A stretch of DNA of 50,264 nucleotides. It comes from an uncultured Corynebacterium sp. GTDB taxonomy: Bacteria; Actinomycetota; Actinomycetes; Mycobacteriales; Mycobacteriaceae. Numbering within the stretch: the first letter of the stretch is position 1; every line of letters begins with the position of its first letter. The stretch lies in NCBI RefSeq assembly GCF_902782855.1, contig NZ_CACZOO010000144.1, positions 1 to 50,264 on the forward strand, read 5' to 3'. A program made the translations under genes and the position numbers. Below the pieces are notes generated by a model. It was given only the letters and a program-made list of their open reading frames with translations, searched no databases and had not been told where the DNA came from. Positions 19,763 through 29,408 of the stretch are shown here, piece after piece.

Positions 19763-20272
19763 TCAGTCGAGGAAGACCTGCATGAGCGTCATACCGAGGC
19801 GGCGTCCGAACTTGGTCCCGACCTCCAGCAGTATGCCCACCGTGGCAAACCCGAGCTTCTCATGCAGTTTCAGTGACGCCGTGTTCCCCGACTCGATCGC
19901 GGCGACCATGACGTGTGCTCCCCCTGCTCTGGCCCGGGTGAGGAGCCCGGCCATCAGCGCAGTGCCCACCCCACCGGTGCGGGCGTCGGCGGCGACGTAG
20001 ACGGAGTTCTCCACGGTGTCACGGAAACCGTCGTAGTGGCGGAACTCGCCGTAGGTCGCGTAGCCGAGGACCCGGCCGTCAGCATCGACCGCTGTGAGTG
20101 CGGCCGTACCGGGAATCTGGTGGGCCCGGAGCCAGTCACGCCGGTTGCCGACATCGACGGTGTCGTTGTTCCACACCGCGACCGTGTTGACGACGGCGTC
20201 GTTGTAGATGTCGGTGATGGCGGGGAGGTCGGCGTCGCAGGTATCACGCACGGTGATGCTGGTATCGGTCAC
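19763..20272 (-). CDS. GNAT acetyltransferase (YncA/MddA, phosphinothricin acetyltransferase-like)
   Basis: AITDIYNDAV, TVENSVYV, GGVGTAL, NTASLKLHEKLGF, VGTKFGR. Confidence 0.92.
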   Translation of the reverse strand: MTDTSITVRDTCDADLPAITDIYNDAVVNTVAVWNNDTVDVGNRRDWLRAHQIPGTAALTAVDADGRVLGYATYGEFRHYDGFRDTVENSVYVAADARTGGVGTALMAGLLTRARAGGAHVMVAAIESGNTASLKLHEKLGFATVGILLEVGTKFGRRLGMTLMQVFLD

Positions 20273-20411
20273 AGGCGAAGTCTATCTGCCGTCCCGCCGC
20301 AGCGGTGCGATGACCGGAAGATTCGCATACTCTCACATTACTATGTATTCTTCAATAGCCACAGCAGTGGTTTCACACATAAGTTAAGGGCATTTTTAAA
20401 TGAAGCACCGC

Positions 20412-21296
20412 ATGACATATCGCGGACGCTCCCTCACCGTCCTCACCACCGCCGTCCTGGCCGCCGCCGGCGCGGTAGCCGCCACCGTCAACGTCTTCTC
20501 TCCGGACGCCACAGCGGACCCCACCCACAACGGCAACATCGTCACCTTCGGCGATTCCTTCACCGCCAACCCCGACCAGATCCACAACTTCCTGGTCAGC
20601 GCGCCCGGCAATATCGGGGAACGGGCACGCGACTACCCGTCGACCGAAGGATGCCTCCAGGCACCGGACAACACTCCCGCGAAGCTCGGCGAGCGCACCG
20701 GACGACCGGTCTCCGACTGGTCCTGCTCCGCCCAGACCAGCCGGACGATACTCCACCGCATCGATCAGGCCGTGAGCCACGGCGCCGTCCACGATGACTC
20801 GACCGTGATCATCGCCGTGGGCATGAACGACTACGGCCCCTTCGGCGCCGCAGACAACGGAAACCTCGGTCTGATCGACCCCGCCGCCGTACAGCGCGAC
20901 TACGTCGCCAACCTGCAGACCGCCGCGACGAAGATCCGTGCCGCCGCACCGCAGGCAGAGATCATCATCTCCGGGGCACTGCCGACCGTAGACCGGACCA
21001 GCACCATGTTCTGCCCGCTCAACGTCATCCCTGACGCCCCACTGGGCCTCCCCGTGCCGCTGCTGCGTGACGTGGAGAACTGGAACCGCGGCAACCAACA
21101 GCTCGCCGCCGACCGGATCGGCGCCGGGTACGTGGAAATCATCGACGGAGCCCGCGGCCACGACACCTGCGCCGCAGACGCGCAGCGCTTCGTCGCCGGT
21201 GTGATCGACACGACCACCCCGGACTACCACATGGCCTTCCACCCGTCGGCCGCCGGATCACAGTTCGTGGCGGACACCATCGCTGACCACCTCTGA
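20412..21296 (+). CDS. Secreted SGNH/GDSL hydrolase
   Basis: Signal peptide, FGDSF block I, GMND block III, FHPS block V; alternative start at 20400. Confidence 0.88.
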   Translation: MTYRGRSLTVLTTAVLAAAGAVAATVNVFSPDATADPTHNGNIVTFGDSFTANPDQIHNFLVSAPGNIGERARDYPSTEGCLQAPDNTPAKLGERTGRPVSDWSCSAQTSRTILHRIDQAVSHGAVHDDSTVIIAVGMNDYGPFGAADNGNLGLIDPAAVQRDYVANLQTAATKIRAAAPQAEIIISGALPTVDRTSTMFCPLNVIPDAPLGLPVPLLRDVENWNRGNQQLAADRIGAGYVEIIDGARGHDTCAADAQRFVAGVIDTTTPDYHMAFHPSAAGSQFVADTIADHL

Positions 21297-21355
21297 CCCC
21301 GTAGGAGCCTGTCGGCACCCGAGGACGACTGTGGGGGTCACAGCCGCGTCAGCGC

Positions 21356-21395
21356 CGAAAACGCCTCTGCAGACCATCCTGCAGAGGCGTTTTCG
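21356..21395. terminator. Bidirectional intrinsic terminator hairpin
   Basis: CGAAAACGCCTCTGCAG-accatc-CTGCAGAGGCGTTTTCG, a perfect 17-bp stem between the convergent GDSL gene and tRNA. Confidence 0.85.
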
Positions 21396-21405
21396 CTGTT
21401 CAGAG

Positions 21406-21478
21406 AGCTGGAGACGAGACTTGAACTCGCAACCTACGGTTTACAAGACCGTTGCGCTACCGATTGCGCCACTCCAGC
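21406..21478 (-). tRNA. tRNA-Thr (anticodon UGU), CCA not encoded
   Basis: Reverse complement GCTGGAGTGGCGCAATCGGTAGCGCAACGGTCTTGTAAACCGTAGGTTGCGAGTTCAAGTCTCGTCTCCAGCT folds as a cloverleaf. Confidence 0.96.
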
Positions 21479-21598
21479 GGGTGCGGAATACACCGCACGA
21501 GACTCTATCAGGCCCGTCCCCGATCCGTGGGTTCGCCCACCACCACGCAGTGTCGTAGTGTGTCGACTGACCGGACCGACGTCGGAGGGAAGTCTCTC

Positions 21599-23107
21599 AT
21601 GGGTGGCAGCGAGACGCTCGCGCGGACACGTCTGGCGCAGTGGCGTCGTCAGGCATCAGACCTGCTGTTCGGGGGAAACCGGTCCACCATCGACACGATC
21701 CGGATGGCCCCGCCGCCCTCCCCGTTGGCGCCCGTGGACCTCACCGACCCGTTGGCGATCCACCGCGTGACCGATGTCGCCGCCCGCATCGGTGACCTGC
21801 TGCTGTCCTCGGGCACCAGCAACTCGGACACCAAGGCCCAGATCCTCGCGGTGACCTCCGCTTACGGCCTCTACGGCTGCCACGTGGACATCACCCTCAA
21901 CACCATCACCGTCTACACCCGCACCATCGCCCACGCCGACCCGCCGGTCATCACCTTCCGGGTGGTCCATGCCCTGAACACCGACTTCTCCCGGCTCACA
22001 GAGGTCGACCGGCTGATCCGTTCGATCGTCAACGGGGCCACCCCGGTCGAGCAGGCCACCGCTATCGTCGAGGAACTGGAGCAGCGGCCGCTCCCCTACC
22101 GGATGAGGTGGGTCCCGCCGTCCTGGGGGATCTTCGCCGGCTTCGTCGGCCTGCTCCTCGGCGGTGGCGCGGTGGTGACGTTGATCGCCATGGTAACCAC
22201 CACCATCATCATGGCGGTGAACCTCTGGCTCAGCGGAAAGCGGCTACCGCTGTTCTTCCAGAACCTCATCGGCGGCGTCATCGCGACGATCCCCGCGGCG
22301 GTGACCTACAGTTTCGCCCGTGACCTGCATGTCCACGTCTCACCCTCGATCGTCATCGCGTCCTGCATCATCGCCATGCTCGCCGGGCTGACGCTGGTCC
22401 AGGCGTTGCAGGACGGTGTCACCGGAGCGCCGGTCACCGCGTCCGCCCGGTTCTTCGAGACGGTGCTCATGACCGGCGGCATCATCGCCGGCGTGGCGAT
22501 CGGCATCCAGCTGATGAGCAGGCTCGGGATGACGCTGCCCCCGCTGGACACCTCCACCCCCGACCTCGGCGGGGTCGGCGGGGTAGCACTGCGCATCCTC
22601 GGCGGGGTCGGGGCGGCGGCGTTCTTCTGCGTCGCCGAGTTCTGCGACCGTCGCGCCCTCGTCGTCGCGACGTTCACCACCTTCGTCGCCTTCACCGTCC
22701 ACCAACTGGCTATGCCGGTGATAGGGCTGGACCGGGTGACCGCCGTCGGTGCGGTCGCCGTGCTCATCGGTCTGGCCGGTGGCCTGCTGTCCCGCCGGTA
22801 CCTCATCCCGCCCCAGATCACCGCAATCGCCGGCATCACCCCGCTGCTGCCCGGCCTGTCACTGTACCGCGGCATGTACTCCCTGCTGTCCGACCAACTT
22901 GTCCTGGGCCTGTCGAGCCTCGGCATCGCACTGGCCACCGCCACCGCCCTGGCCGCCGGGGTGACCTTCGGCGAATGGCTCGCCCGACGCCTGCGCAAGC
23001 CCCGCATCCTGCACCGCGACCTGGGTCTGCGGCGGCCGCGGGTGCGCCGCGCACCCCGGCACTGGAAACTGCGGGTGGAGCGTGCAGGACGCAGACGGCA
23101 CGGGTAG
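21599..23107 (+). CDS. thrE: Threonine/serine exporter
   Basis: RIGDLLLSSGTSNSDT, MLAGLTLVQALQDGVTGAPVTASARFFE, AGITPLLPGLSLYRGM; synteny with otsA. Confidence 0.92.
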   Translation: MGGSETLARTRLAQWRRQASDLLFGGNRSTIDTIRMAPPPSPLAPVDLTDPLAIHRVTDVAARIGDLLLSSGTSNSDTKAQILAVTSAYGLYGCHVDITLNTITVYTRTIAHADPPVITFRVVHALNTDFSRLTEVDRLIRSIVNGATPVEQATAIVEELEQRPLPYRMRWVPPSWGIFAGFVGLLLGGGAVVTLIAMVTTTIIMAVNLWLSGKRLPLFFQNLIGGVIATIPAAVTYSFARDLHVHVSPSIVIASCIIAMLAGLTLVQALQDGVTGAPVTASARFFETVLMTGGIIAGVAIGIQLMSRLGMTLPPLDTSTPDLGGVGGVALRILGGVGAAAFFCVAEFCDRRALVVATFTTFVAFTVHQLAMPVIGLDRVTAVGAVAVLIGLAGGLLSRRYLIPPQITAIAGITPLLPGLSLYRGMYSLLSDQLVLGLSSLGIALATATALAAGVTFGEWLARRLRKPRILHRDLGLRRPRVRRAPRHWKLRVERAGRRRHG

Positions 23108-23152
23108 AATGGCACTCTTGCAACCGCACGACCATATCTAGAGGGAGCACCA

Positions 23153-23476
23153 GTGCCGCCGAAGGTCACCGACAACCAGACCACCAGCGCAGAATCCCTG
23201 CACACCGTGGAGGAGGACACCGCCGCCGCAGCGCAGCGGATCGTCGCCACCTACGCCCAGGACCATCTTGACGCAGCCACCCTGATGTGCATGCTGGGCG
23301 TCGAGCCGGAGGGTCTGATCCACCGTAAGGTTCTCGCCGAGTTCACCGAGCCTGAGCCGGAGAAGAAGACCCGGAAGAAGACGACGAAGAAGACCGCAGC
23401 GAAGAAGACCACCAAGAAGGCCGCGCCGAAGAAGACGACGAAGGCGGCCTCGAAGAAGACCGCTGACGAGGCCTGA
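23153..23476 (+). CDS. Small hypothetical protein with a Lys/Ala/Thr-rich histone-H1-like tail
   Basis: GAGGGAG RBS, GTG start; tail KKTRKKTTKKTAAKKTTKKAAPKKTTKAASKK. Confidence 0.8.
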   Translation: MPPKVTDNQTTSAESLHTVEEDTAAAAQRIVATYAQDHLDAATLMCMLGVEPEGLIHRKVLAEFTEPEPEKKTRKKTTKKTAAKKTTKKAAPKKTTKAASKKTADEA

Positions 23477-23481
23477 CCGTC

Positions 23482-25020
23482 ATGCCCGTCACGCCCCGTG
23501 ACATGGTCGTGGTCGCCAACCGCCTACCGGTGGACCGCACCACCGACCGCACCGGCGAGACCGTGTGGACCACCAGCCCCGGTGGCCTCGTCACCGCCCT
23601 GCGCCCGGTGCTCGAGAGCTCCCGGGGCTGCTGGGTCGGATGGCCCGGCACCACGGCCGATTCGCCGGAGGAGGAGATCCGTGCCGCGGACATGCCCGAG
23701 GGGGCGATCACCCTCCTGCCGGTGAACATGTCCACCGAGGAGTTCACGACCTATTACGAGGGTTTCTCCAATGACACCCTCTGGCCGCTGTACCACGATG
23801 TCATCGTCCACCCGGAGTTCCACCGGTCCTGGTGGCGGTCCTATATGACGGTCAACCGGCGCTTCGCCGAGGCCGCCGCCGAGGCCGCCGCACCCGGTGC
23901 GACGGTGTGGGTCCAGGACTACCAGCTCCACCTGGTACCCGGGATGCTACGGGAACTGCGTCCCGACCTGAGGATCGGGTTCTTCCTGCACATCCCGTTC
24001 CCCGCCCCGGAACTGTTCCGCCAGCTGCCGTGGCGCTGGGATGTGCTGCTCGGAACACTGGGCTCCGACCTCATCGGTTTCCACACGCCGGACTCGGCGT
24101 GGAACTTCCTCTACACCCTCCGCGCCCTCGGAGCGGACGTCTCCTTCGCCAGGGTCGGCGCGGGGGACGCCTGCGGTGCCGACGACGGCGCCGAGGGCAC
24201 GGACGAGGAGGGCGTCTCCTATATCCGAGGGGCTCGCCTGCCCCGGCGGGACGCGGTGGCCGGCACGGTCCATGTCGAGGGTCCCGACGGTACCCGGCGG
24301 GATGTGCAGGTGGGTGTCTTCCCGATCTCCATCGACTCCGAGGGGGTGTCGGAGAAGGCGTCCTCCCCGGAGACCATCGCCGCAGCCTCCGCGCTGCGCC
24401 GACGGGTCGGTTCCCCGGGCGTCCTGCTGGCCGGGGTGGACCGGCTGGACTACACGAAGGGCATCCTGCAGCGGCTCAGGGCCCTCGAGCAGCTGCTGGA
24501 CCGTGGCCAGCTGGACGCCGACGACGTCTGCCTGATCCAGGTCGCCACGCCCTCGCGTGAGCGGATCGACTCGTACCAGCGAACCCGCAACGACGTGGAA
24601 CTGGCTGTCTCCCGGATCAACGGGCGGCACGGCAGTCTGGGCCACACCGTGGTGCACTACACCCACGCCGGACTGCCCTTCGACGAAGTGGTCGCACTGT
24701 ACGCGGCGGCGGACGTCATGCTCGTCACCGCATTGAAGGACGGGATGAACCTCGTGGCGAAGGAGTACGTCGCGGCCCACTCCGACGGATCGGGGGCGCT
24801 GGTGCTCTCCGAGTTCACCGGAGCCGCCACCCAGCTCACCCAGGGCTACCTGTGCAACCCCTATGACGTCGATTCCACCGCGGCGGCGATCATGAAGGCT
24901 ATCGAGTCCCCGGAGGAGGACCGGCGCGAACGGATGACCGCCATGTGGAACGAGGTCCGCGTCCACGACGTGCACGCCTGGGCGCGCCGTTTCCTCAGGA
25001 CCCTGGCGGACGTGAAGTGA
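23482..25020 (+). CDS. otsA: Trehalose-6-phosphate synthase
   Basis: VVANRLPV, SPGGLV, WVQDYQL, GFFLHIPFP, GVDRLDYTKGI, DGMNLVAKEY, LSEFTGAA. Confidence 0.96.
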   Translation: MPVTPRDMVVVANRLPVDRTTDRTGETVWTTSPGGLVTALRPVLESSRGCWVGWPGTTADSPEEEIRAADMPEGAITLLPVNMSTEEFTTYYEGFSNDTLWPLYHDVIVHPEFHRSWWRSYMTVNRRFAEAAAEAAAPGATVWVQDYQLHLVPGMLRELRPDLRIGFFLHIPFPAPELFRQLPWRWDVLLGTLGSDLIGFHTPDSAWNFLYTLRALGADVSFARVGAGDACGADDGAEGTDEEGVSYIRGARLPRRDAVAGTVHVEGPDGTRRDVQVGVFPISIDSEGVSEKASSPETIAAASALRRRVGSPGVLLAGVDRLDYTKGILQRLRALEQLLDRGQLDADDVCLIQVATPSRERIDSYQRTRNDVELAVSRINGRHGSLGHTVVHYTHAGLPFDEVVALYAAADVMLVTALKDGMNLVAKEYVAAHSDGSGALVLSEFTGAATQLTQGYLCNPYDVDSTAAAIMKAIESPEEDRRERMTAMWNEVRVHDVHAWARRFLRTLADVK

Positions 25021-25490
25021 TGCGTGGTCTCCGCCGGGTGCGTAGCGGCGTCGCGGCGACAGCTGTCCTGCTGACTCCGCTGACCGTGCTCGCGCTCACC
25101 GCCTGCGGCTCCGCCGACGCACCCGACGATGTCGTCGATGTCCGCTGGCAGGTCACAGCCGTCGGCGACGCCGGCACAGATGTCGCGACGCAGGCCCGCA
25201 CCTCCTTCGCCGTGGGAGCGGACACCTTCACCGCCACCATCGGCTGCGAGCTGATCACCGGCTCGGTGGACTGGAACGGCTCCGGAGATGACGCGAGGGT
25301 GACCTTCTCAGACACGGACACGCGCACCAGCGGGGACTGCGCGCCCGGCGATTCCCACCTCGCCGAACAGATCACCGACCTGCTCGGGACCCCCGACCTG
25401 CGGTGGCGGTTCGATGACCGCAACGCGCTGCGCGAGTTCCGGCTGTGGGTCGACGGCACCCCGGAGACCGGCGTCACGTTCGCCGGGTGA
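25020..25490 (+). CDS. Lipoprotein with META/HslJ-like domain
   Basis: ATG overlaps the otsA stop; lipobox LALTAC; WQVTAV..GC..C pattern. Confidence 0.7.
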   Translation: MRGLRRVRSGVAATAVLLTPLTVLALTACGSADAPDDVVDVRWQVTAVGDAGTDVATQARTSFAVGADTFTATIGCELITGSVDWNGSGDDARVTFSDTDTRTSGDCAPGDSHLAEQITDLLGTPDLRWRFDDRNALREFRLWVDGTPETGVTFAG

Positions 25491-25506
25491 CGCTACCCTG
25501 GGGGAT

Positions 25507-26325
25507 ATGACTTCCCCTGTCCCCGGCCCTGTCACCGACGCTGACATCGCGGATCTGGCGTCCGCCCCCTCCCTGCTGCTCGCCCTCGACGTGGACGGCA
25601 CCCTCGCCGACTTCTCCACCGATCCACTGTCCGTCCGGCTGGTGCCGGGGTCAGACCGCGCGGTCAACATCCTGCGTCGACTGCCGGACACCACCGTGAT
25701 GCTGCTGTCCGGGCGTGACCTGAAGCAGCTGCGGATCATCACCGGCTTCGATCCGTTGGACACCCCCGGTCCCGACGATGTGCGCCTGGTCGGGTCGCAC
25801 GGCGCGGAGCCCGCCGAGAAGGACGCCGACTCCGACGGCGCGACTGATGTCCTCACCACGGAACAGAAGGACCTGCTGGAGCAGATCACGGCGCTCGCCG
25901 AGGAGCAGGCGGAACGGGACGAGGGACTGTGGGTGGAGTACAAGCCCTTCTCCCGTGGACTGCACCGGCGTACCGCCGTCGACGCCGCCGCCGGCGAGGC
26001 TGCCACCGCGGCACTGCGGGAGGCGGTGAAGGATCTGCCGGGTGTTCACCTGACCGACGGCAAGATGATCCTCGAGGTCGCGGTGACCGACATGACCAAG
26101 GGCCGCTACCTGGAGTGGTTCACCGGTGCGACGGCCCCTGAGAAGGTCCTGTTCATGGGCGACGACACCACCGACGAGACCGCGCTACGCGTCCTGCGTC
26201 CGCAGGATCTCGGGGTGAAGGTCGGTGAGGGCGAGACCGCGGCGTCCCGCCGGGTGGCGGACACGACCGAGGTCGCTGAGGTCCTGCTCAGGATCGCGGC
26301 TGCGCGGGGGGAGACGCGACAGTGA
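25507..26325 (+). CDS. otsB: Trehalose-6-phosphate phosphatase
   Basis: HAD motifs LDVDGTL, LSGR, GSHGAE, GKMILE, KG, GDDTTDE. Confidence 0.93.
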   Translation: MTSPVPGPVTDADIADLASAPSLLLALDVDGTLADFSTDPLSVRLVPGSDRAVNILRRLPDTTVMLLSGRDLKQLRIITGFDPLDTPGPDDVRLVGSHGAEPAEKDADSDGATDVLTTEQKDLLEQITALAEEQAERDEGLWVEYKPFSRGLHRRTAVDAAAGEAATAALREAVKDLPGVHLTDGKMILEVAVTDMTKGRYLEWFTGATAPEKVLFMGDDTTDETALRVLRPQDLGVKVGEGETAASRRVADTTEVAEVLLRIAAARGETRQ

Positions 26326-27493
26326 CGCCCTCGTGCCAGTGGGTGGCGAGCACGATGCGTCCGTCCGGCTCCGACCAGGAGGTGTCCGCACCGGTCCGCC
26401 GGTGACTGGGACGCAGCGCCGCCTCACGGCGACGGATCAGCGCGGCGAGCACGTTACCGCTGGTGAAGCCCTTCTCCCGGTTCGGCTGCACGACGGTCGA
26501 CAGGCCCCGGTCGAGGGCACGGGGGATGCCGTCGAAGCCGGTGACGGAGAGATCACCCGGCACACTGATCCCCATCCGGTCGGTGTAGTCGAGTACGCCG
26601 AGAGCCATGGAATCCGTCGTGCAGATCACGGCGGTGAGGTCGGGATGGTTCTCCAGCAGCTCTGCGGCGGCCGAGGCGCTCGTCTCCGGGGTGTTCAGGT
26701 GACGTTCGATGACCGGCACCGACGCCCGGTCGATCCCGGCGTCCTCCAGCACGTCGAGGGCGCCGGTCACGCGGTCACGCTGGACGTGGAGATGCGCGTT
26801 CACCAGACGTTCAACACTGACCGGGCCGTTGTTGGGGGTGCGGTCCAGCCGGATGCAGAGAATACCGATGCGGGTGTGGCCGGCGTCCACCAGTGCCTGC
26901 GCGGCGGGGCGGATCGCAGTCGCGTCATCGATGCCGACGAAGTTCACACCATGGTCGTCTGCCGGTTGGTCGCAGATCACGGTGGGTATGTTGCGGGCTG
27001 TCACCGAGGCGAGGAAGGGGTCGTCTGCGGCGACGGAGTAGACGATGAACCCGTCGACGACGGCCTGGTTGACCAGCGTGGCGGGCCGGTCATCCTCACT
27101 GGTCTCCGCACCGGCGGGAATGAGCAGCATGGAGGTGTCCATACCGACGCACGCCTCGGAGATGCCGGACATGAACTCCAGGGAGGCCTGGTCCTCGAAG
27201 GCGTAGGTCATGTCATCGGTGAGAAGGACACCGATCGCGCCGGCGTGCCGGGTGCGCAGGGACCTGGCCATGGGGTCGGGACCGGAGTACCCCATGACTT
27301 CAGCGGTGCGCAGGATCCGCTCGCGCAGTTCCGTGGAGAGCTGCTCGGGGCGGTTGTAGGCGTTGGAGACGGTGGTCCGGGAGACGCCCAGCTCGGCGGC
27401 GATGGATGCGAGGGTGCCGCGTCGGCCCTGCCGGCCCTGCTGGCCCTGCCGGGGTCGGCCACTCTGCCCGCTCTGGCCGCTTGATCGGTTCAC
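26288..27493 (-). CDS. ipsA: LacI-family regulator, IpsA-like
   Basis: TLASIAAELGVSRTTVSNAYNRPEQLS HTH, GPDPMARSLRT, SVTGFDG; lies between otsB and znuA as in C. glutamicum; GTG start at 27493. Confidence 0.85.
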   Translation of the reverse strand: MNRSSGQSGQSGRPRQGQQGRQGRRGTLASIAAELGVSRTTVSNAYNRPEQLSTELRERILRTAEVMGYSGPDPMARSLRTRHAGAIGVLLTDDMTYAFEDQASLEFMSGISEACVGMDTSMLLIPAGAETSEDDRPATLVNQAVVDGFIVYSVAADDPFLASVTARNIPTVICDQPADDHGVNFVGIDDATAIRPAAQALVDAGHTRIGILCIRLDRTPNNGPVSVERLVNAHLHVQRDRVTGALDVLEDAGIDRASVPVIERHLNTPETSASAAAELLENHPDLTAVICTTDSMALGVLDYTDRMGISVPGDLSVTGFDGIPRALDRGLSTVVQPNREKGFTSGNVLAALIRRREAALRPSHRRTGADTSWSEPDGRIVLATHWHEGVTVASPPAQPRS

Positions 27494-27714
27494 GATCGTC
27501 CAGTCTAGCCGGTGGATCAGGTCGGCCCCGCCCGACCGGGAGGAACCGGTTGCCGGCGCAGCAGGGGAACACGCACGGCAGGGCGAGCACGGGTCCGTGA
27601 AGATCCGGAGGGGGCCGTGCGATCCGCCGGAGGTTGTCGTCGCCGGGAGTCTCCGGGTCGGCTCTCCTGCGCAGGAGAACCTCCGGCACCCCCGAAACCC
27701 GGCCACCACTGCAA

Positions 27715-27743
27715 TTGACAATCATTCCCAACAGTTTTACGTT
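27715..27743 (+). promoter_or_regulatory. Zur box overlapping a SigA promoter of znuA
   Basis: TTGACAATCATTCCCAA (Zur-like TTGAnAATnATTnnCAA); TTGACA -17 nt- TACGTT, with the ATG 7 nt downstream. Confidence 0.8.
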
Positions 27744-27750
27744 CTTCTTC

Positions 27751-28707
27751 ATGAGAAGCCCCCGCCACCCCCTGCGCACCGCACTCGCCGGTGCCGCCAC
27801 GCTCACCCTGACACTCGGTCTCACCGCATGTTCCGGCGGATCCGACGACGCCGACGCCGACAACGCCGACCTCCGGATCGTCGCGTCCACCGCGGTCTGG
27901 GGGTCAATCGCCCAGGAGGTCATCGACGACGGGAAGGACGCCGGATCCGACCTCGACGTCCGGGTCTCCACCATTCTCTCCGGAACCGACGGCGACCCCC
28001 ACGAGTACGAGGCCACCGCCCAGGACATAGCGGAGATCCGGGACGCCGACGTCGTCCTCGGCAACGGCGCGGGATACGACAACTGGCTCACCGACAATGC
28101 GGCGACCGACGCGGAGGTGATCACCGCCGCACCCACCGCCGAAGGGCACGACCACGACGACCACGACGACCACAATCACGACATCAACCCCCACGTCTGG
28201 TTCAACCTCCCCCTGGTCGAACAGTTCGCCACCAACCTCGCTTCGTACCTGCACAGCAGGGACGCGTCCTTCCCCACCACCTCCGCGTCCGTCACAGCCG
28301 ACATCGCGGACGCCACCACCCGCCTGCAGGCCCTGCCGGCGGCACATGTTCTGCTGACCGAACCGGTCGCCGCACTCCTGCTCGACGGCACGGCACTCAC
28401 CGACGTCACCCCGCAGGGCTTCGCCCACGCGACCCTGGAAGAGTCCGAGCCCTCCGCCGCCGACCTCGCCACCGCCCGTGGCCTCATCACCGACGGCACC
28501 GTCGACGTGCTCATCACCAATGCACAGGCCGAGACCGCGGCCGCCGGCCAACTGACCGACGCCGCCAGGGACAAAGGACTCACCGACAGGGATGCCGTGG
28601 TCAACGTCAACGAGTCCCCGGACAACGGCCAGTCCTACGTCGACTACCTCGACAATCTCGTGGGCGCGCTGGAGAAAGCCACCTCGGAGGAGACCCCCGC
28701 CAAGTGA
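27751..28707 (+). CDS. znuA: Zn/Mn ABC transporter substrate-binding lipoprotein
   Basis: Lipobox GLTAC, DPHEYE, NGAGYD, His-rich loop HDHDDHDDHNHD, NPHVW. Confidence 0.92.
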   Translation: MRSPRHPLRTALAGAATLTLTLGLTACSGGSDDADADNADLRIVASTAVWGSIAQEVIDDGKDAGSDLDVRVSTILSGTDGDPHEYEATAQDIAEIRDADVVLGNGAGYDNWLTDNAATDAEVITAAPTAEGHDHDDHDDHNHDINPHVWFNLPLVEQFATNLASYLHSRDASFPTTSASVTADIADATTRLQALPAAHVLLTEPVAALLLDGTALTDVTPQGFAHATLEESEPSAADLATARGLITDGTVDVLITNAQAETAAAGQLTDAARDKGLTDRDAVVNVNESPDNGQSYVDYLDNLVGALEKATSEETPAK

Positions 28708-29408
28708 CCGCGCTGACTTTCACCGACGCCGCCGTGGAACCGCTGTGGCGTCATCTCGACCTGACCGTCGAACCGGGCGAGTTCCTGACCGTCCTCGGCC
28801 CCAACGGTGTCGGCAAGTCGACGCTGCTCGGCACCGTACTCGGCACCCGGGCGCTGAGTCACGGCGCCGTGACGGCACCCGGACGGGTCGGCTACCTTCC
28901 CCAGCAGCGCATGTTCGACCCGGATCTGCCGGTGCGTGTACGTGACCTGGTGAGCCTGGCACTCGGGCACGGCGTCCTGCGGAACCGACGTCCCCCCGGG
29001 TCCGTGGTGGACCGGGCCCTCGCCGAGGTCGGCGCCACCGGTCTTGCTGACCGACGCATCGGCACCCTGTCCGGCGGCCAGCAGCAGCTGGTACGGCAGG
29101 CACAGGCCCTCGCGGGTGACCCCGAACTGCTGCTCTGCGATGAGCCGCTGCTCAGCCTCGATCTGCGGGCCCAGCGTGCGGTGGTCGGACTGCTGGACCG
29201 CCGCCGCCGCGCACACGGCACGGCCGTCATCTTCGTCACCCACTCGGTCAACCCGGTCCTGGAGGTCACCGACCGCGTCCTCTATCTCGGGCCGGACGAC
29301 CATGTCATCGGCACTGTCGAGGAGGTCATGACGACCGAGGTGCTGTCACGGCTGTACGGTACACATGTCGAGGTCGCCGAGGTCAACGGAAAGCTGGTGG
29401 TGGTGTGA
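28704..29408 (+). CDS. znuC: Zn/Mn ABC transporter ATP-binding protein
   Basis: GTG overlaps the znuA stop; GPNGVGKS, LSGGQQQ, LLCDEPLLSLD. Confidence 0.92.
   Translation: MTALTFTDAAVEPLWRHLDLTVEPGEFLTVLGPNGVGKSTLLGTVLGTRALSHGAVTAPGRVGYLPQQRMFDPDLPVRVRDLVSLALGHGVLRNRRPPGSVVDRALAEVGATGLADRRIGTLSGGQQQLVRQAQALAGDPELLLCDEPLLSLDLRAQRAVVGLLDRRRRAHGTAVIFVTHSVNPVLEVTDRVLYLGPDDHVIGTVEEVMTTEVLSRLYGTHVEVAEVNGKLVVV

Noticed and set aside
12400-21405. tRNA-Thr-anchored integrative island
   Set aside because: No integrase, and I could not find a duplicated tRNA 3' end; it looks like piecemeal accessory content (a formal repeat search was not run)
26288-26325. 38-bp convergent overlap of the otsB and ipsA 3' ends
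   Set aside because: Short tail overlaps are common in high-GC genomes; no further evidence of function
27363-28703. N-terminal extension making ZnuC a 681-aa protein
   Set aside because: Out-of-frame overlap with znuA; the GTGA-coupled start at 28704 is more plausible
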